This document shows, piece by piece, positions 21,575 through 35,200 of a stretch of 64,000 nt of DNA (position 1 is its first letter; each line of letters starts with the position of its first letter). This stretch comes from Raja brachyura. Its lineage: Eukaryota. The notes beneath the pieces were generated by a model. The model did not search any database. It was given only the letters and a program-made list of their open reading frames with translations, and was not told the DNA's origin. The stretch spans positions 14,942,001 through 15,006,000 of the forward strand of contig OY740813.1 in the NCBI GenBank assembly GCA_963514005.1, given 5' to 3'. The translations under genes and the position numbers were made by a program.

Positions 21575-22330
21575 TGAGTAGTACAGCACAGGAACGGGCC
21601 CTTTGGCCCACAACATACGTGTGGAATATGATGCAAAGATAAGTTAATTTCTGCCTGCACCTGATCCTATATATAAATGTACCTCTCTGAAGGCCTCTTA
21701 AATAACACTATCGTATCTGCCTCCACCATCAGGCAACTGAACCATCAAATAAAGAGCGGGTTCTGAGCTTGACCCACGAACTATCTTTAATGAAACTTTA
21801 CTGGACTTTATCTTGCAGTAAATGTTATTCCCTTTATCATTATCTGTATACTGTGGATGGCTCGATTGCAATCATATATAGTATTTTCGCTGATTGGATA
21901 GCACGCAACAAAAAAGCTTTCCACTGTACCTCAGTACACATGACAATAAACTACCAGACTAAACCGCCCCAAGCAGCATGTGCCAGGCACCCACCATTTT
22001 GTATAAAGAAAAAAAATTGCCCAGCACATCTCCTTTAAACTATGCCTCCCTCACCTTAAAGCTATGCCCTCCAGCCTATGACTTTCCACCCTGGGAAAAA
22101 GGTTCTGACTGTTCACCCTATCTATGCCTCTCATAACTTGACATATTTCTATCAGGTTTTCCACACCCCAGAGAAAACAATCCAGGTCTGTTCAACCTTT
22201 CCTTATAGCTAATACTCTCTAATCCAGCCAAACATCTTGGAAAATGTTCCCTGCACCCTCTTCGCAGCCTCCACATTCTCCTTGTAATGTGACAATCAGA
22301 ACCACACACAAAACCCCCAAATGTGGCACA
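21575..22330 (-). mobile_element. CR1 3' fragment interrupted at ~21730-21965 by another retroelement 3' end (+ strand, Rex1/Babar-like)
   Basis: YKERLNRPGLFSL on the minus strand. The insert ends gcacgcaacaaaaaagctttccactgtacctcagtacacatgacaataaa, which recurs at ~45885-46105 and 11162-11240. Confidence 0.7.
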
Positions 22331-23472
22331 TACACCCACCACCACCATTCAATAAAACGGCTGATCTCTTACGTCAGTAAAGATTAATTACCAACTAAGA
22401 AAGGAGAGATGTAGAAATATGGAATGGTGGTTTACAAAAAAAAAATTGCGGGAGTAACTCCGTGGGTCAGCGAGCGTCCCTGGAGAAGATGGATGTGACA
22501 TTTTGGGTCAGGACCATTTCTTCAGGAAAGAAAGAACCCTGTTTTGAGACGTCCAGCCAGTGCAAATGTCATCTTTGCATTTGCCTTGCAGTATTCTCTT
22601 GCAATAAAGGCCACCAGACTCTTTGCTAGCTGTTCCTGCTCATCGGTTGCAGTGAATCATGTAGCAGGATGCCCACATCTCTCTGAATATCAACTCATTT
22701 CAATCTCGCATCATTGAAAAATACTCCACTTTAGTTTTTCTTCTACAAAATTGATAACCTTGGATTTGTCCACATTAAAATCCATTTGCCATGTCCGCTA
22801 ATTAACCTAGCTTGTCAACATTGCTTGCAACTTCTCTGCTGCCCCCGTGCTCCCACAGAGCCTTTGCTGGTTTTGGCAATATTCTCAGCCTTTCAATCTA
22901 ATGCTGCCCTCAACTGACTTTGTTTGTGACGTCTGGACCACTTTTCCACTTGAGTGTTTATGCTTTGGAGGGATGTTTGCTCCAAGCTATGTATTCGTTC
23001 TTCCAAGTGTTAGCTATTGCTTTTTTTTTTCGGTTGATTCTTTTAAGACAATTTTCTAATCTTTTAAAGTCATCTCACACCTTTGTGATGCGCTTTGTAT
23101 AGGCTTAAGACAATCATTTTGAGCTAAACTAAATTAATTTCAGTGCTTTATGCAACATTATTTTATGTTACAATTAATCTTCTCTGATAGCAACATGATT
23201 AAAAACATTGCTTCCTCTTCAATTCCTCCAGAGATGCTGCCTGACCTCCAGCACTTTTTTTTGTAAATTAACATCTGCATTTATTTGTGTCTCCTGCTAA
23301 TTAATACTTTCTCATTGTAGAAACTAAATGTAAAATAGCCTCAACGCAATGATCTACAAAACCAATCCTTCCATGCCCTTAGGAATTAGCCCAGCACCCC
23401 TGCTTCTTGTTCAGAGTCCTGATCTATTTGTAGATTGTTATTGTCCCACTTTTGTTAAATGCGTTGTTTATA

Positions 23473-23545
23473 AGCGAGTTCGGTATTATAACTGCGCATG
23501 CCCAGGGCATGGATCATTCAGCATAAACATTCTCGCCAGCTGAGC
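23473..23545 (+). mobile_element. Terminal fragment of the same TIR family
   Basis: TA|AGCGAGTTCGGTATTATAACTGCGCATGCCCAGGGCATGGATCATTCAGCATAAACATTCTCGCCA. Confidence 0.7.
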
Positions 23546-24217
23546 TACTGTGTGTGGGTCGCAGCTCTCTAACATACGGGACCTATTCTCACTCACTTTG
23601 AAGGAGGTGCCAAATACTCTGGTTATCCTTACTGATCTCACCACCCTGTCCATTTTGTTCTGACTTCCTTTATTTCCCGCCTGCCTGCCTGCTGTCACCA
23701 CATGCACCCGAACATATAAAACCTTTTACATAGCTGTAGTTATTAATTTTGTGAGTATCTTTTTCCAGCCTATCCCATGAATAAAACCCATTTATCCCAG
23801 ATGAAGCTTTGAGCCATGTTGTCAACGCTCTGAAATAATTGACCCTGGTGCCAATCTGTTCCTGACTTACCTTGTTGGTTGTAATTTTTAATTGAGACCT
23901 TTGCGTTTCCATAGTCCTTCCCCAGAACCTCCACCTTATATGCTGTCCTCATAATCATTTTCCACATGCGCCACAATAACCGGATCTTTATTCCAGTTCC
24001 TCTGCTATCCTGAGAAGATCTTAACTTTAGCACCAGGAATGGGACATATGATTCAGGACTCGTGCTTAACTGTGGGGTGGATAGTGGGAGGGGTTTTATT
24101 GAGCAGTGTTTTGGAGCGAAGGAGAGTTGGAATGATTTTCAGCAGGGAGGAGAGTCTATACATTGTGGGGAATTGGTGCTCTTTGACGAGAGCGTTCTAA
24201 CTCCGTTCTTGTTTCAG

Positions 24218-24270
24218 GCCTGTGTCACGTGGTTTCGTGAGCAATCGTCGAAGGAAGCTAAATCAGTGAA
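24218..24270 (+). CDS. FPGS: FPGS exon 13
   Basis: tcag|ACVTWFREQSSKEAKSV(K)|gtaagt. Confidence 0.93.
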
Positions 24271-24374
24271 GTAAGTATATGGGAGGGTTATAAGGGTTGC
24301 TGACCATTCCTCTCAGCTGAAGTATCCGATACCTGTGTGGCGTTTTCCTGGATTCTGACTTTTTTTTCTGATAG

Positions 24375-24450
24375 GGGTCCTGTGGTCCGCTTGCTGCTTT
24401 TCAACACTACAGGCGAGAGAGATGCTGCTGCGCTCCTCAAGCTGCTTGCG
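24375..24450 (+). CDS. FPGS: FPGS exon 14
   Basis: atag|GPVVRLLLFNTTGERDAAALLKLLA|gtaagc. Confidence 0.96.
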
Positions 24451-26980
24451 GTAAGCCTTGCTTGATGATTATGGTAGGGGTTCCCAGTGTTGAAGGGCTT
24501 GTGTATTTGCTGGTTGTCTTTACAGCAGAGAAGGAATGTGTGTGTCTGTGAGTGGAAAAGTATCCAGATAACACCGGCCGCTAAGCTGGGCCAGTGTGCT
24601 GGGCTAAGAACGTCTGCTGCTTGGGCAGGTCCCGTGTCTGTGTTGGGACTGACTCCCAGTGAACTGGTGTCTGCACCACCCACTGGATCCTGTTAAGTGC
24701 CAGCAATGCGTGCTGGCACCTTGTGTGACGACTTGAGCTTTGAAGTCGTCACATTCGTGGTGCAGTGTACATGGATGGGGAAGTATTAACCTGGCAAGCA
24801 TGTTCAAACTGCCCATCCATTCCCTCCCTCATCCATCCAGGAGTCTCATTTCACCTGAGGGTTATGAATCTTTGCAGATCCACAGCTGGGGAATAATTCC
24901 AGTCTTGGATGTATTTATGATGAAGATCAATAGATATTGGATATCCAGGGTTGTGAGGATTGGGCATGGGAATAAAATTAAACCGGCGGCTTGCGTCTAG
25001 TTTAATTGCGGCACCTCCTGCATTGTGTGGGTGACTGACCACTGCCAATCTCTCCCAAGGCCACGGACCCCCAGTTAAGGGGCCCTACTACCATAGATCA
25101 GCAGATGCATTGAGCTGAATGCTGGGGCTGGGAGAAAATGATACGTCTTGCACTCCTCCGGTTTCTCAAGTTCTTGTCTGGGTGGGACCTCTTCTTTCTC
25201 TCCCCCAAAACACCCTCTTCTGTTCCTTACTGTCTTTGTTGAGGCAGCGCTGGGAGTTAATTTGCCTCCTGAAATCCAGTCCGATCGCATTCAGTCAGGT
25301 TTTTGCCTTGGTGCTGGCTTATATCAATTGTGGCTGAGAAAATCGGCTTTAGAAATATGCCAGTAGGTGCTGCCGATGATAAAAAGGTTATTGGGTACCA
25401 AGCGGAAATGTAACCAGTCCAAACAGACAGGGTTACTTCAAGCACAGGATAGAAACTAGATCTGGCAAGTGATTTGTCCGTTGACTCCCCACGTTCTAAG
25501 TCAACACGAGTCAGGAGTGTGATGAGATGTTTCCACTGCCTGCATGAGTGCAGCTCCTGTAATCTTGGCACCTTGGCATCCACCATCCTGCCAAAGCAAT
25601 CCCACCAGGTTGGCACCCGTCCTCATCCCCAAATATTTTCATCCTCCACTGGTACAGCGAGGCTGTGGTGTTTGCCACCTTCAAAATATATTGCAGGTGG
25701 GCCCAAGTGCACTCTTGACTGTACCTCGTGTTAATTTTACTTTGCAGTGTGTTCTCATTCCTCCTCCATTGCTGAATATAATTCCTGGGACTCGCTATCC
25801 GACAGCATTGTGAGATCACTCTCACCACCCAGACCACTCAAGAAGGTGACATCGCCATCTTCTCAGTGTTAGAGAGGAGTTTACTGGTTGAGGACATGGC
25901 TGGGATTCAGCCTCCCATTGTTTATCCTTGCTGATTGTACTGATCCAGGAATGAACAAAAATAAACTCTTCACTGTGTTTCTATGATGGACATTTCTATG
26001 GATAAGTTTTACAGACTGTCAATCCTTCACAACATTATCTGTGTTCAGCTGTGTTTTAAGATGGTGTGCCTGAGATTGATCATTATAGTAGTGTAAATAG
26101 TAAACTTCTGCAAATTGCTGTGTATGTCCTGCATTTACCAATAAGCTGATGGGATGTGGTTTAAATTTTGAATGTACGTTTATATAGCACCTTTCGGTAG
26201 CAAAGTATCTTTTGGTAGCTGACAGAGTGCCAATTAACAACCCAGATATATTACAGCAGATACCACGCTTGGTTGGATGTGTAGGTTTAAAGTGGTATCT
26301 TAAAGAAGGAAAAGACTGAAGGATCTACGTGAATTGCAGAGTCAGGGGTTTGGCAGTAAAAGGCAAGACCACCACTGGTAAAGTAAATAAATGTGGGGAT
26401 GAGCGAAAGGATAGGATCAGCATCATTAATTACCAGACCAGCATCAACCTTGAGTCAGCTGCAGTAACCCTCCTCTGGGTTGTCGGTCCTTCGGTGAAGG
26501 TGAATGCTAAATATGAACCATTTCTGCTGTAGCTTCCTGAACAAATATCTTGCAGCTCTGAATCTTTTTTGGCTGCTGGGTTGACAAAACAATTCTTTAA
26601 CCTTCTGAGTAACATTGAACTACTCCAGTGACGTTTACAATAAAGGGAGAGGGGAATAAATGGTTTTTCTGCCAAAGTGTGTAAGCTACAGATAATAATG
26701 TGATATTACTTTTGTTGGAAAGAGAATCTTTAAGTGAATGTCACAAGTTAGCTTCCTAAAGTAACACACATTTGATGTAATCATTGCCCCTATGGCATTG
26801 TCAAATTGCTGATTTTGGGAGTTGCAACAACGACCATGACTGTTCAATGATTAGATATGGGAGTTGGTTGTAAGGAAAGTCCCTCTTTTATCTAGGGTTG
26901 GTGCTTGGCACAGGCAGACGAAAGTAGGGAAAGGAAATGTTTACTGTCCAAAAAATAATCTGATTTGCGGTTTCTTTCAG

Positions 26981-27050
26981 CCATGTCAATTTGATTTTGC
27001 TGTTTTCTGCCCCAACCTCTTGGATGTAGCTCAGAAGAATCCGAATCCTG
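26981..27050 (+). CDS. FPGS: FPGS exon 15
   Basis: tcag|PCQFDFAVFCPNLLDVAQKNPNP(D)|gtaagt. Confidence 0.96.
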
Positions 27051-27088
27051 GTAAGTCCACTGTTCATAAGCAGTTTCCTTGTAGTAGT

Positions 27089-27428
27089 ATGACCCTGTCC
27101 CACTTACACAACTTTTTCGGCGACTGCCGGCACCTGTCATAGGTCGTTGCAGGTCGCTGAATTTTCAACATGTTGAAAATTCAGCAGCAACCAGAAAGAC
27201 GCTATGACTGTTTGGGTGACTGAGGAGACTACTAACAACCATAGAGGCGGCACCCTGGCGGCATGTCGCGGGGTGAAGCCTGTATGGTCGTGATTAGTCG
27301 CCCAAAGAGTCATACCTTGTTCTGGTCGCCGCTGGATTTTCAACATGTTGAAATATTTCAGCGACCTGCTGCGACTGACTAGTGCCGGTAAGTTGCCGAA
27401 AAAATCGCGTAAGTGGGACAGGCACATT
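27089..27428. mobile_element. PIF/Harbinger-like palindromic MITE, ~40 bp after FPGS exon 15
   Basis: Termini CCTGTCCCACTTAC ... GTAAGTGGGACAGG; internal palindromes TTTTCAACATGTTGAAA. Confidence 0.8.
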
Positions 27429-28418
27429 AGACTAGAAACTGGAACTCTTATTGGCTCCTTGACACGCTAAGTTGGTGAATATTTCTGAGGTTGTGTTTGA
27501 GTTACGTGGGTGAACATTGTAAAGTATCGTCTAGTATCGGAAATGTTCGTGTGTGGTGGGATGTGAGTTAGTCTGATGTGGCGGCACATGGAGGCAGTTC
27601 ACCGTGCCCTTGAAACAGTTGGCACACAACGTAGCTGGAAACTTCACATTTATGGATATCAGATCTATGAAAGGAGCCTGCCTCACGATCAGTATCATGG
27701 GAAGTATAAAAATAGGTGTTGCATTCACTGAATTGGAAAATACTTGATGTGCCAATGGAATCTAAGCAGTGTGTTCAGCATTACTGGCTGGTTTCAAATA
27801 TTGAAAAGCAAAATGTTTCTAATGGTGAATATTACGTGGCAGCTGTTCAGCTGCTGTGGCTCATTTTGAACCACTATTAGCCGAGGGCCAGAGAGGGCTG
27901 GGGGTTGATGTGCCATCGGTAAAGGTCATTTCATTCTGGATTCGAATGATGGAAAGATTACTGAGGGAAGGCTATCTGACACAATGATGCTGAGATGCTA
28001 AGAATATAGCTTGTGTTTATGAGCTTGGCAGACTAATTTTTAAATCTTCATGTAAATTTCTAATAATGGGTGCAATCTATTGATTTGGTAGTGTTGAGCC
28101 AGTTGGTAGTGTGGGTTACCGTAAGAGTAGCTTAAGACTGAATTTGTGTAACTTCTTGCAGATGCTATTTTTGGGAGAAAGATTGTGTTCTCTTCTCGAA
28201 TCTCAAGTGGATGGCTCAAGTTCCTACCAGCTTATGTTTAAGCGACCTAAATCTAATTACGTTCTCGTTCCCCATTGCTGTTGGTGGAATCCTGAGCCTG
28301 CCCTCTTCTTCCAGTGACATTTTGATGAATTATTTCCAAGCTTGGCATCCTTCATAAGAATGTGCAGGATAGTTTTTCAAGGTCTGGATTTGATACACAC
28401 AATTTTGTAATGTTGCAG

Positions 28419-28840
28419 ATCAGAAAAATTACACTGTGTCTTTGGAGAATATGCTGAGCCGGTGCCTTGAGAATCATCACGCTTGGTGCAAGCTGACAGA
28501 GGTGAAGCGGGACAACTTGTGGGGCTCATTCGGAAGTGCTCTGGAGAGCCCAGCCGTGTTGGTCAAGAATAGTGACTTCGATGGGGGAGCGTTGCTGATG
28601 AATGAACTGCAATGTGAGCTGATGACAGCCCGTGCACTTGTCTTCCCCTGCATCAACAAGGGCTTGCTGTGGGCGACCCAAGGTCGCGACCCTGGCCTCC
28701 AGCCTGCCTTGGCTACCCCCCTTCACATCGCGGGGCCGATAGCACTGAAGGAAGCTTCCACCGTACAGATCCTGATCACGGGCAGCCTCCACCTGGTGGG
28801 TGGGTGCCTGAAACTTCTGGACCAGTCTTTGTCTCAATAA
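28419..28840 (+). CDS. FPGS: FPGS exon 16 (last coding exon)
   Basis: gcag|(D)QKNYTVSLENMLSRC...ILITGSLHLVGGCLKLLDQSLSQ*. The 16 exons sum to 1824 nt, i.e. 607 aa plus stop. Confidence 0.97.
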
Positions 28841-29891
28841 ACGCCAATTGTGCGTGTGTGTGCGAGTCAGACACGGCTTCACAACCCTCTGAGGAGGATG
28901 GGTGGACGGTTTCCAGGTCCAATGTGATATTGATTGTACTTGACTATATTCAAGTGCGATAATTTGAAATGTGAAGGGACAGCATTAACGGAGTCCGGTA
29001 GAATCTGCGATGAACTCGTGCTTTCATTCAGCCCAAAGTAGATGTGTGATTGGATCTTGGCATTTTATTTTTCTGGCATGATTAGTGTGTGAAATGAACA
29101 TCCAGTTTTCAAGCCTAATAATATGTACAGTTTAAAAAAAAAATTTGCACATGCATTATTTATTAAAAGAGAGTTAATTGTCATGGTTGTTACGAATAAG
29201 GCGGAGAGCCAGGGATTGTGATCTGGGTAGTGTCACTTTGAAACGTTGGCTGATAGTGCTTGTATGGCAATGGCTGAGTTTTCTCAATCGCTTCCTTCCA
29301 GGCACTGCTAGCTCAAGATGGAGGGGGGGGGGGGGTGGATGTTTCAATGCACTTTGTGGCTCTTTTTTATCAGATTTTATTTTGAAGCCATCCAAAAGAT
29401 GGCATTGCAAATTATCATAACGTGAAAGAAACAACCCACATCACCAACAATGTCTGTGAACGGTGAACTCGCAGCGGAGCAGCCCAATGCATTTCAAAGT
29501 GAAGTGAGACTGGTTTCGCTGTTGGATAACTGTAACAAACAAAGCAGGATGGGTTTAACTACACAACACCCCTCAGTGCAACCAACAGTGGAAAGCTGTG
29601 TCAGTGGGATTTCACCATGTCAGGCCTGGAACCGGGCAGGTGGATGGCCTGTCGACACTGCTACTCCATGTCATTGACGATGCTCGGTCAGAGTTGGTGA
29701 AGTCTAGGGACGTTCTAAATCAATCCTTTTTATCTGTGTAAATGTCAACAGAATCAACATCTGCAATAATTTAAAACGCATTGGATCCAGCTCCTCTGTT
29801 CCAGAGTTCTGAGAACTTACTCCAAGAACTTTCTGGAATGTTGTGCTGTGGAGAGATCATGTGCCTTATACCATATGCAAACTAACATGTT

Positions 29892-29897
29892 AATAAA
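29892..29897 (+). terminator. Candidate FPGS polyadenylation signal (an alternative ATTAAA lies at 29162-29167)
   Basis: AATAAA followed by U/GU-rich sequence about 1 kb after the stop codon. Confidence 0.45.
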
Positions 29898-32289
29898 TAT
29901 ACATTTCTTTCACTGTTATGTGTTCATATTCAGGTTATAATGATGAATTGCAATGTGCCAAATAAGGCTCGATACCGTTCCATTTGTGATTCCACTGTGT
30001 GGTATATTTGAATCTCAGCAGTGCCGTAGAGGGTGAAAGAGAATTTTAAATCAGGATTGCAGGGGATATCAAAGGAGGAGCTCTACATCATTTAGTACAT
30101 CATCTACTCTGAGCAGTTGCTGCTGGTTTCAGTAATTACCACCGTCTATAAGCATTGTAGCACAATCTGTAAACGTGTTTTAGTGCAGAGAGTAAAATGC
30201 ACATAGTTAAATAAGATAATTTAACTTGAAGAATTAAGTTGCAAAGTGCTGCATTAATCAGCAGGTCAGGCAGCATCCCTCAGACCAGTCGAGTTACTCT
30301 AACACTTTGTGTCTTTTTTGTAAGCCAGCACCTGCAGTTCCTTGTTTCTACATCTTGAGGAACAAAGTGCTTGTTCCTGATTCCAATTCAGTGGCTCTAA
30401 GGCCATGATGTAACTAGTACTGTGCGTCAGTCTACAACGATCCCTTCTGTTGACTGGCCTTAGCATTGCCAACTGATGATTCCTTTGGTTCCATTATGCC
30501 GTCTTATGTTCCTGATCCAGAAGATATTCCCAGAGGCAATACGGTCAGGTGTTGTAACGTTCCCTTTGAACACAGTGAATGGATGCAGAGTGCTGACCAT
30601 GTTTCAGTTTGTGTTCATTCCCATTGCATTGCCACTCGTGGAGTTCACCAAGTGCAGGCCTCCAGCAGCTCAGAGACAAGCCGAAAGCCTTGCTTTTCAC
30701 ATTGCAGGTGCTAACTTCTTTGTCTTGAGTATGGGCGTGCACAGCCTAAAGTTGTAGGTCAACTTGTTCTATTTGTTTGTGCACGTCAGTTGATTGCATT
30801 AGTCGAAACAGGGTGGATCACGTAAAGGTTGCAATCTTCCACCCCAGGAGCTAACTGTAAAGTAGCTGTGATAGCAGGTTCCAAGATGTTCTGAAATTTC
30901 AGACTGGTGACACGAATAAGATGATCTGTGAATCCAGGAAAAGATGAGCATTCAAATGGTCTGTTTTTGATTTTAAAAATTCTGTTTTTGAAAAAATGTC
31001 TGGAACTGCGTGCAATTGGCAGTTGAAGAGGAATGTTCGTTCTGAAAATAGCCAGCTGTAATACATGGATCTAAATGTTGACAGTAAAAACAGGAAACTA
31101 TTTAAGGGTAGATTTCAAACTTTAATTGTGAAGTGGAAGTTCAATAAATCACTAAAGTTAAATGGGTCAAGTCAGCTGTGTTAGGGAGAATACATTTTAA
31201 ATTCAAGCTTGTGTTCCTGGTCTACAATAATGCCCCATGGAATATTAACATGAAATATGTGCCATCCACAATGGGCATGGAGTTCCAGCTGCTTTGTATG
31301 TAGGGATCCATTGACAGAATAATTGGGTTCATTTTTTGACTCATGACAGCATTTTTTGGTTTATTTAATTTTATGGTGCACCCATCTCTAAACCTAACGT
31401 AGTTGTTGATCTGTGTTGGAGAGTAATTAACTGATAATTATCATAGGTGACCAAAATAAAAGCTCAGGTTATCGGAATAACAAGACCTCCCTCATGTTTT
31501 TGTGTCAAGGTTATTTTCTTGATTTGTTGCTTTACGTCATTAAACTTGCTATTGAGTGGGTCTTTGAGTGGGCTGCTGCCTTTGAAGGTACATGTCCATG
31601 ATGGGAATAGAGTAACCACTAAAGAGGACTCTAATCTGTGGGAGAGGCTGAGGAACAGCTGGGAAGGAGAAATTGTTCAAAGTGCCATAATTCTTATTAA
31701 AGAATGTCTTTTCGAGACAGCTGTGCTTTTCATGCAAGGATCATGCAGGGAGTATTGACTGCATTGTTTCCTGTTTCTTGAATGCACAACTTTTAATATG
31801 AAAATAATCACAAATTAATTTGTCTTAAGACATTGCATTTTTGTCTTATTAAAGTTTTTATTAAAAGATGCGCCACATAAGTTAACATTTAATGCATTGT
31901 CAGGTTGAGGCCGTCAAATGTTGTTTCTGTATAAATGGTTTTAGTGATTTAGAAATGCTCATGTTGATGAAGGAAATAATTCCTATGTCTTGTGTTTTGA
32001 TTTTGCTGTAAATTTTAGTTTGACTGCAATATTTAAAGTAAAATCATTAAAGATCTGACCTTTTTTCTAGTTTGGTTTATGCAAATCAGTTCAAATAAAT
32101 TAGAATTGTATCCGCTCTCCCATTTAATGTCACAGCTGATCTGGTGTAATCTCTGCTCTAAACTGCCACCTACCTCCACTATTCTTTCATACCCTTGCCT
32201 ATGGAGATTCTATCCACGTCAACCTTCAACGCTGGTGAGGCCGCACAGAGTATTGTCTTCAGTTTTGGTCACTATACAACATGAAAGAT

Positions 32290-35200
32290 AATAATAATAA
32301 TGCATTTTATTTATGGGCACTTTTCAGAACACGCAAGGACATCTTACAGTTAAAACAAGCAAATTACAAATATATAAATAAAATGAAAAAACAACATATC
32401 CATGAATTTGACAGAAAGTGGAGTTACGTGGGATAGGCCAGCCTGAATAGGTGAGTTTTGAGTGAGGTTTTAAAGGTGGGGAGAGACTCTATGGTATGGA
32501 TGGATAGTGGGAGAGAGTTCCAGAGGTGAGGGGCAGAACGGCTGAAGGCTCTGAACCCCATCGTGGACAGGCGGGCAGATGGAGTGGAGAGCAGGGAAGA
32601 AGAGGATCGGAGAGTTTGGGATGGAGTGTAAGGCTGGAGGAGTACAGAGAGTTATGGAGGAGCAATATTGTGGAGGGCTTTGAAAGTGAGGAGGAGAATC
32701 TTAAAATCAATGCGATATTGGACAGGGAGCCAGTGCAGTTGTTTGAGGATGGGAGTGATGTGTTCGGTGTATGGGGTTCTGGTGATAATGCGGGAGCTGA
32801 GTTCTGGACCAATTGGAGTTTATGGATGGACTTGTGGGTTAAACCAGAGAGGAGAGAGTTACAATAATCAATACGGGAGGTGACGAGGGCGTGGATGAGA
32901 GTAACAGTGCTGTTATGTGTGAGTGATGGACGAAGACGGTGGATAGTGCGTCGGTGGAAGTAACCCGACCGAGTGAGATTATTGATGTGTTTTTCAAAAA
33001 AAGTGCTATCAAGGATGACACCCAGACTCTTGACCTGAGGGGAAGAGGGACTATAGAATTGTCAATAGTGAGTGAGAAATTGGGACATTTAGATAGGTTG
33101 GATTTGGAGCCAACAAGGAGATTTTCTATTTTGTCACTGTTGAGTTTGAGGAAGTTGTGAACAAACCAGGTTTTAATTTCCACTAAGCAGTCAGACAGGG
33201 AAGAGGGAGGAAGCTTGGAAGTGGGTTTGGTGGACGGGTAGAGCTGGGTGTCATTCGCGTAGCAGTGAATTTGAATGTCGTATTTCCTGAAAATAAAACC
33301 AAGGGGAAGTAAATAAATTATAAAAAGGAGGGGCTCTAGGACTGAGCCCTGGGGAACACCACTGGTGACGGGAAGGTTGTGATTGGACATTTTGAAGTTG
33401 TACAAACTGAGTGCGGCCGGAGAGGTATGATGTAACCCAGGTGAGTGATGTGTTGATGATACCAATGGAGGAGGATGTTGTGAGAGATGGTGTCGAAGGC
33501 AGCAGTCAAATCAAGGAGGATGAGTATGGTGAGAAAACCGGAGTCGGCAGCCATCAGCAGGTCGTTAGTGACTTTGACTAATGCTGTCTCTGTGCTATGG
33601 AGAGGGCGAAAACCAGATTGAAATTGTTCATAGAGGCTATTGCTGATGAGATGATTATGAACCTGTGCAGCAACTGTTTTTTCTAGTATTTTAGAGATAA
33701 ATGGCAAATTGGAGATTGGTCAGAAATGATTTAGATTGTTGGGATTGGCACCGGGTTTCTTAAGTACTGAAATTATTCCAGCGGTTTTGAGTGAGGAAGG
33801 AAGATGAGCAGAAATAAGGGAGGAGTGGATGATGTTAGTTACGAAAGAGGAGAGGGAAGGTAGACAGGTTTTGACTAAGTGGGTGGGGAGGGGGTCGAGC
33901 TGGCAGGTGGATGATTTGGATTTTCGGATGAGATCAGATATTTCAGTAACAGTTGGGAGTTGAAAACTAGATAATAAAGAAAAGGGACAGAGGAAGGTGG
34001 ATGGAGTGCACTATTATCGGTATTAGATAAAGAGGGGAGCTGTTGGTAAATGTTTTCAATTTTGATTTTGTAAAACGACATAACAATATTTCATTGGGAA
34101 GTTGAGTACAAGTGGGGTGGAAGAGTATCAGGTGGTCGTGAGATCATGTTAATCGTGGAAAACAGGGCTCGAGTGTTCCCTTTGCCAGATGAAATTAAAT
34201 TAGCATTGTGTATGGATTTAACTGTGTAGAGGGCTTCCTTATAGTGCAGTATGTGGTTGTCATTCACATCCTTGTGAACAAAAGTCTGTTTTTTTTGTAG
34301 AGACGTTCCAGGCGAAGTCCTTTTATTTTTAGCTGGCGTAAGCCGGGTGTGTACCAGGGGGCAGAGTGAGTAAAAGAAACAGTCTGGGTTTTCAGAGGAG
34401 CGAGAGTGTCCAGAAGATTGTGAAGTCCATCATTGTAATGTGAAACCAGACCATCAGTGTTGACTAATTTATCTATCGAGGAGATTGTTAATTCCAACAG
34501 AGAGAGCAGGTAGATCAATATTCTTGATGTTACGAAATGAGATGGAGCGAGACTGATTTGTTTTGGGTGGTGGTAAGTTGACATTAAAATAAATTAGGTT
34601 ATGATCAGAGATGGGCAGATCAGATGCAGTACAGTTAAAAGGAGTTAAACCAGAGCAGCAGATGAGGTCCAGGATGTGACCTTTGTTGTGTCAATATGTT
34701 GCTGTAATCCAAAACTGTCTAGAGTTGAAGAAAAGTCCCCTGTAAGAGTGTTGCTAATATTGTCCATGTGAATATTAAGATCACCCAGTATTATGACATT
34801 TGGGGACATGGAGTAAATGGATGTTAAAAAGGAAGAAAAATCATTAAAAAATTATTATTGGGCTTGGTTGGGCGATAGATAGTGGCTAAAACAGTAGGGA
34901 CGGGTCCACTGATTTGTAGGATTATGGATTCGAATGAGTTGTGGGCAGGGACAGTGACAGGAGACACTGTCCACTTGTCATTGTAGAGCATTGCGACACT
35001 GCCCCCTCAGCCTGCGGCGCGTGATTGACAGGCATAAGCAAACCCAGGTGGGATAGCCTCGTTGAGCTGTGTGTAGTCATTCTGACGCTGCCAGGTTTCA
35101 GTTGGGCACAAGAAGTCGAATTTGTTGTCCTGTAAAAGATCGTAGACCAGGGGACCCTTGTTGGTGAGTGAGCAGATGTTGAACAGCCCGACGGAGACAC

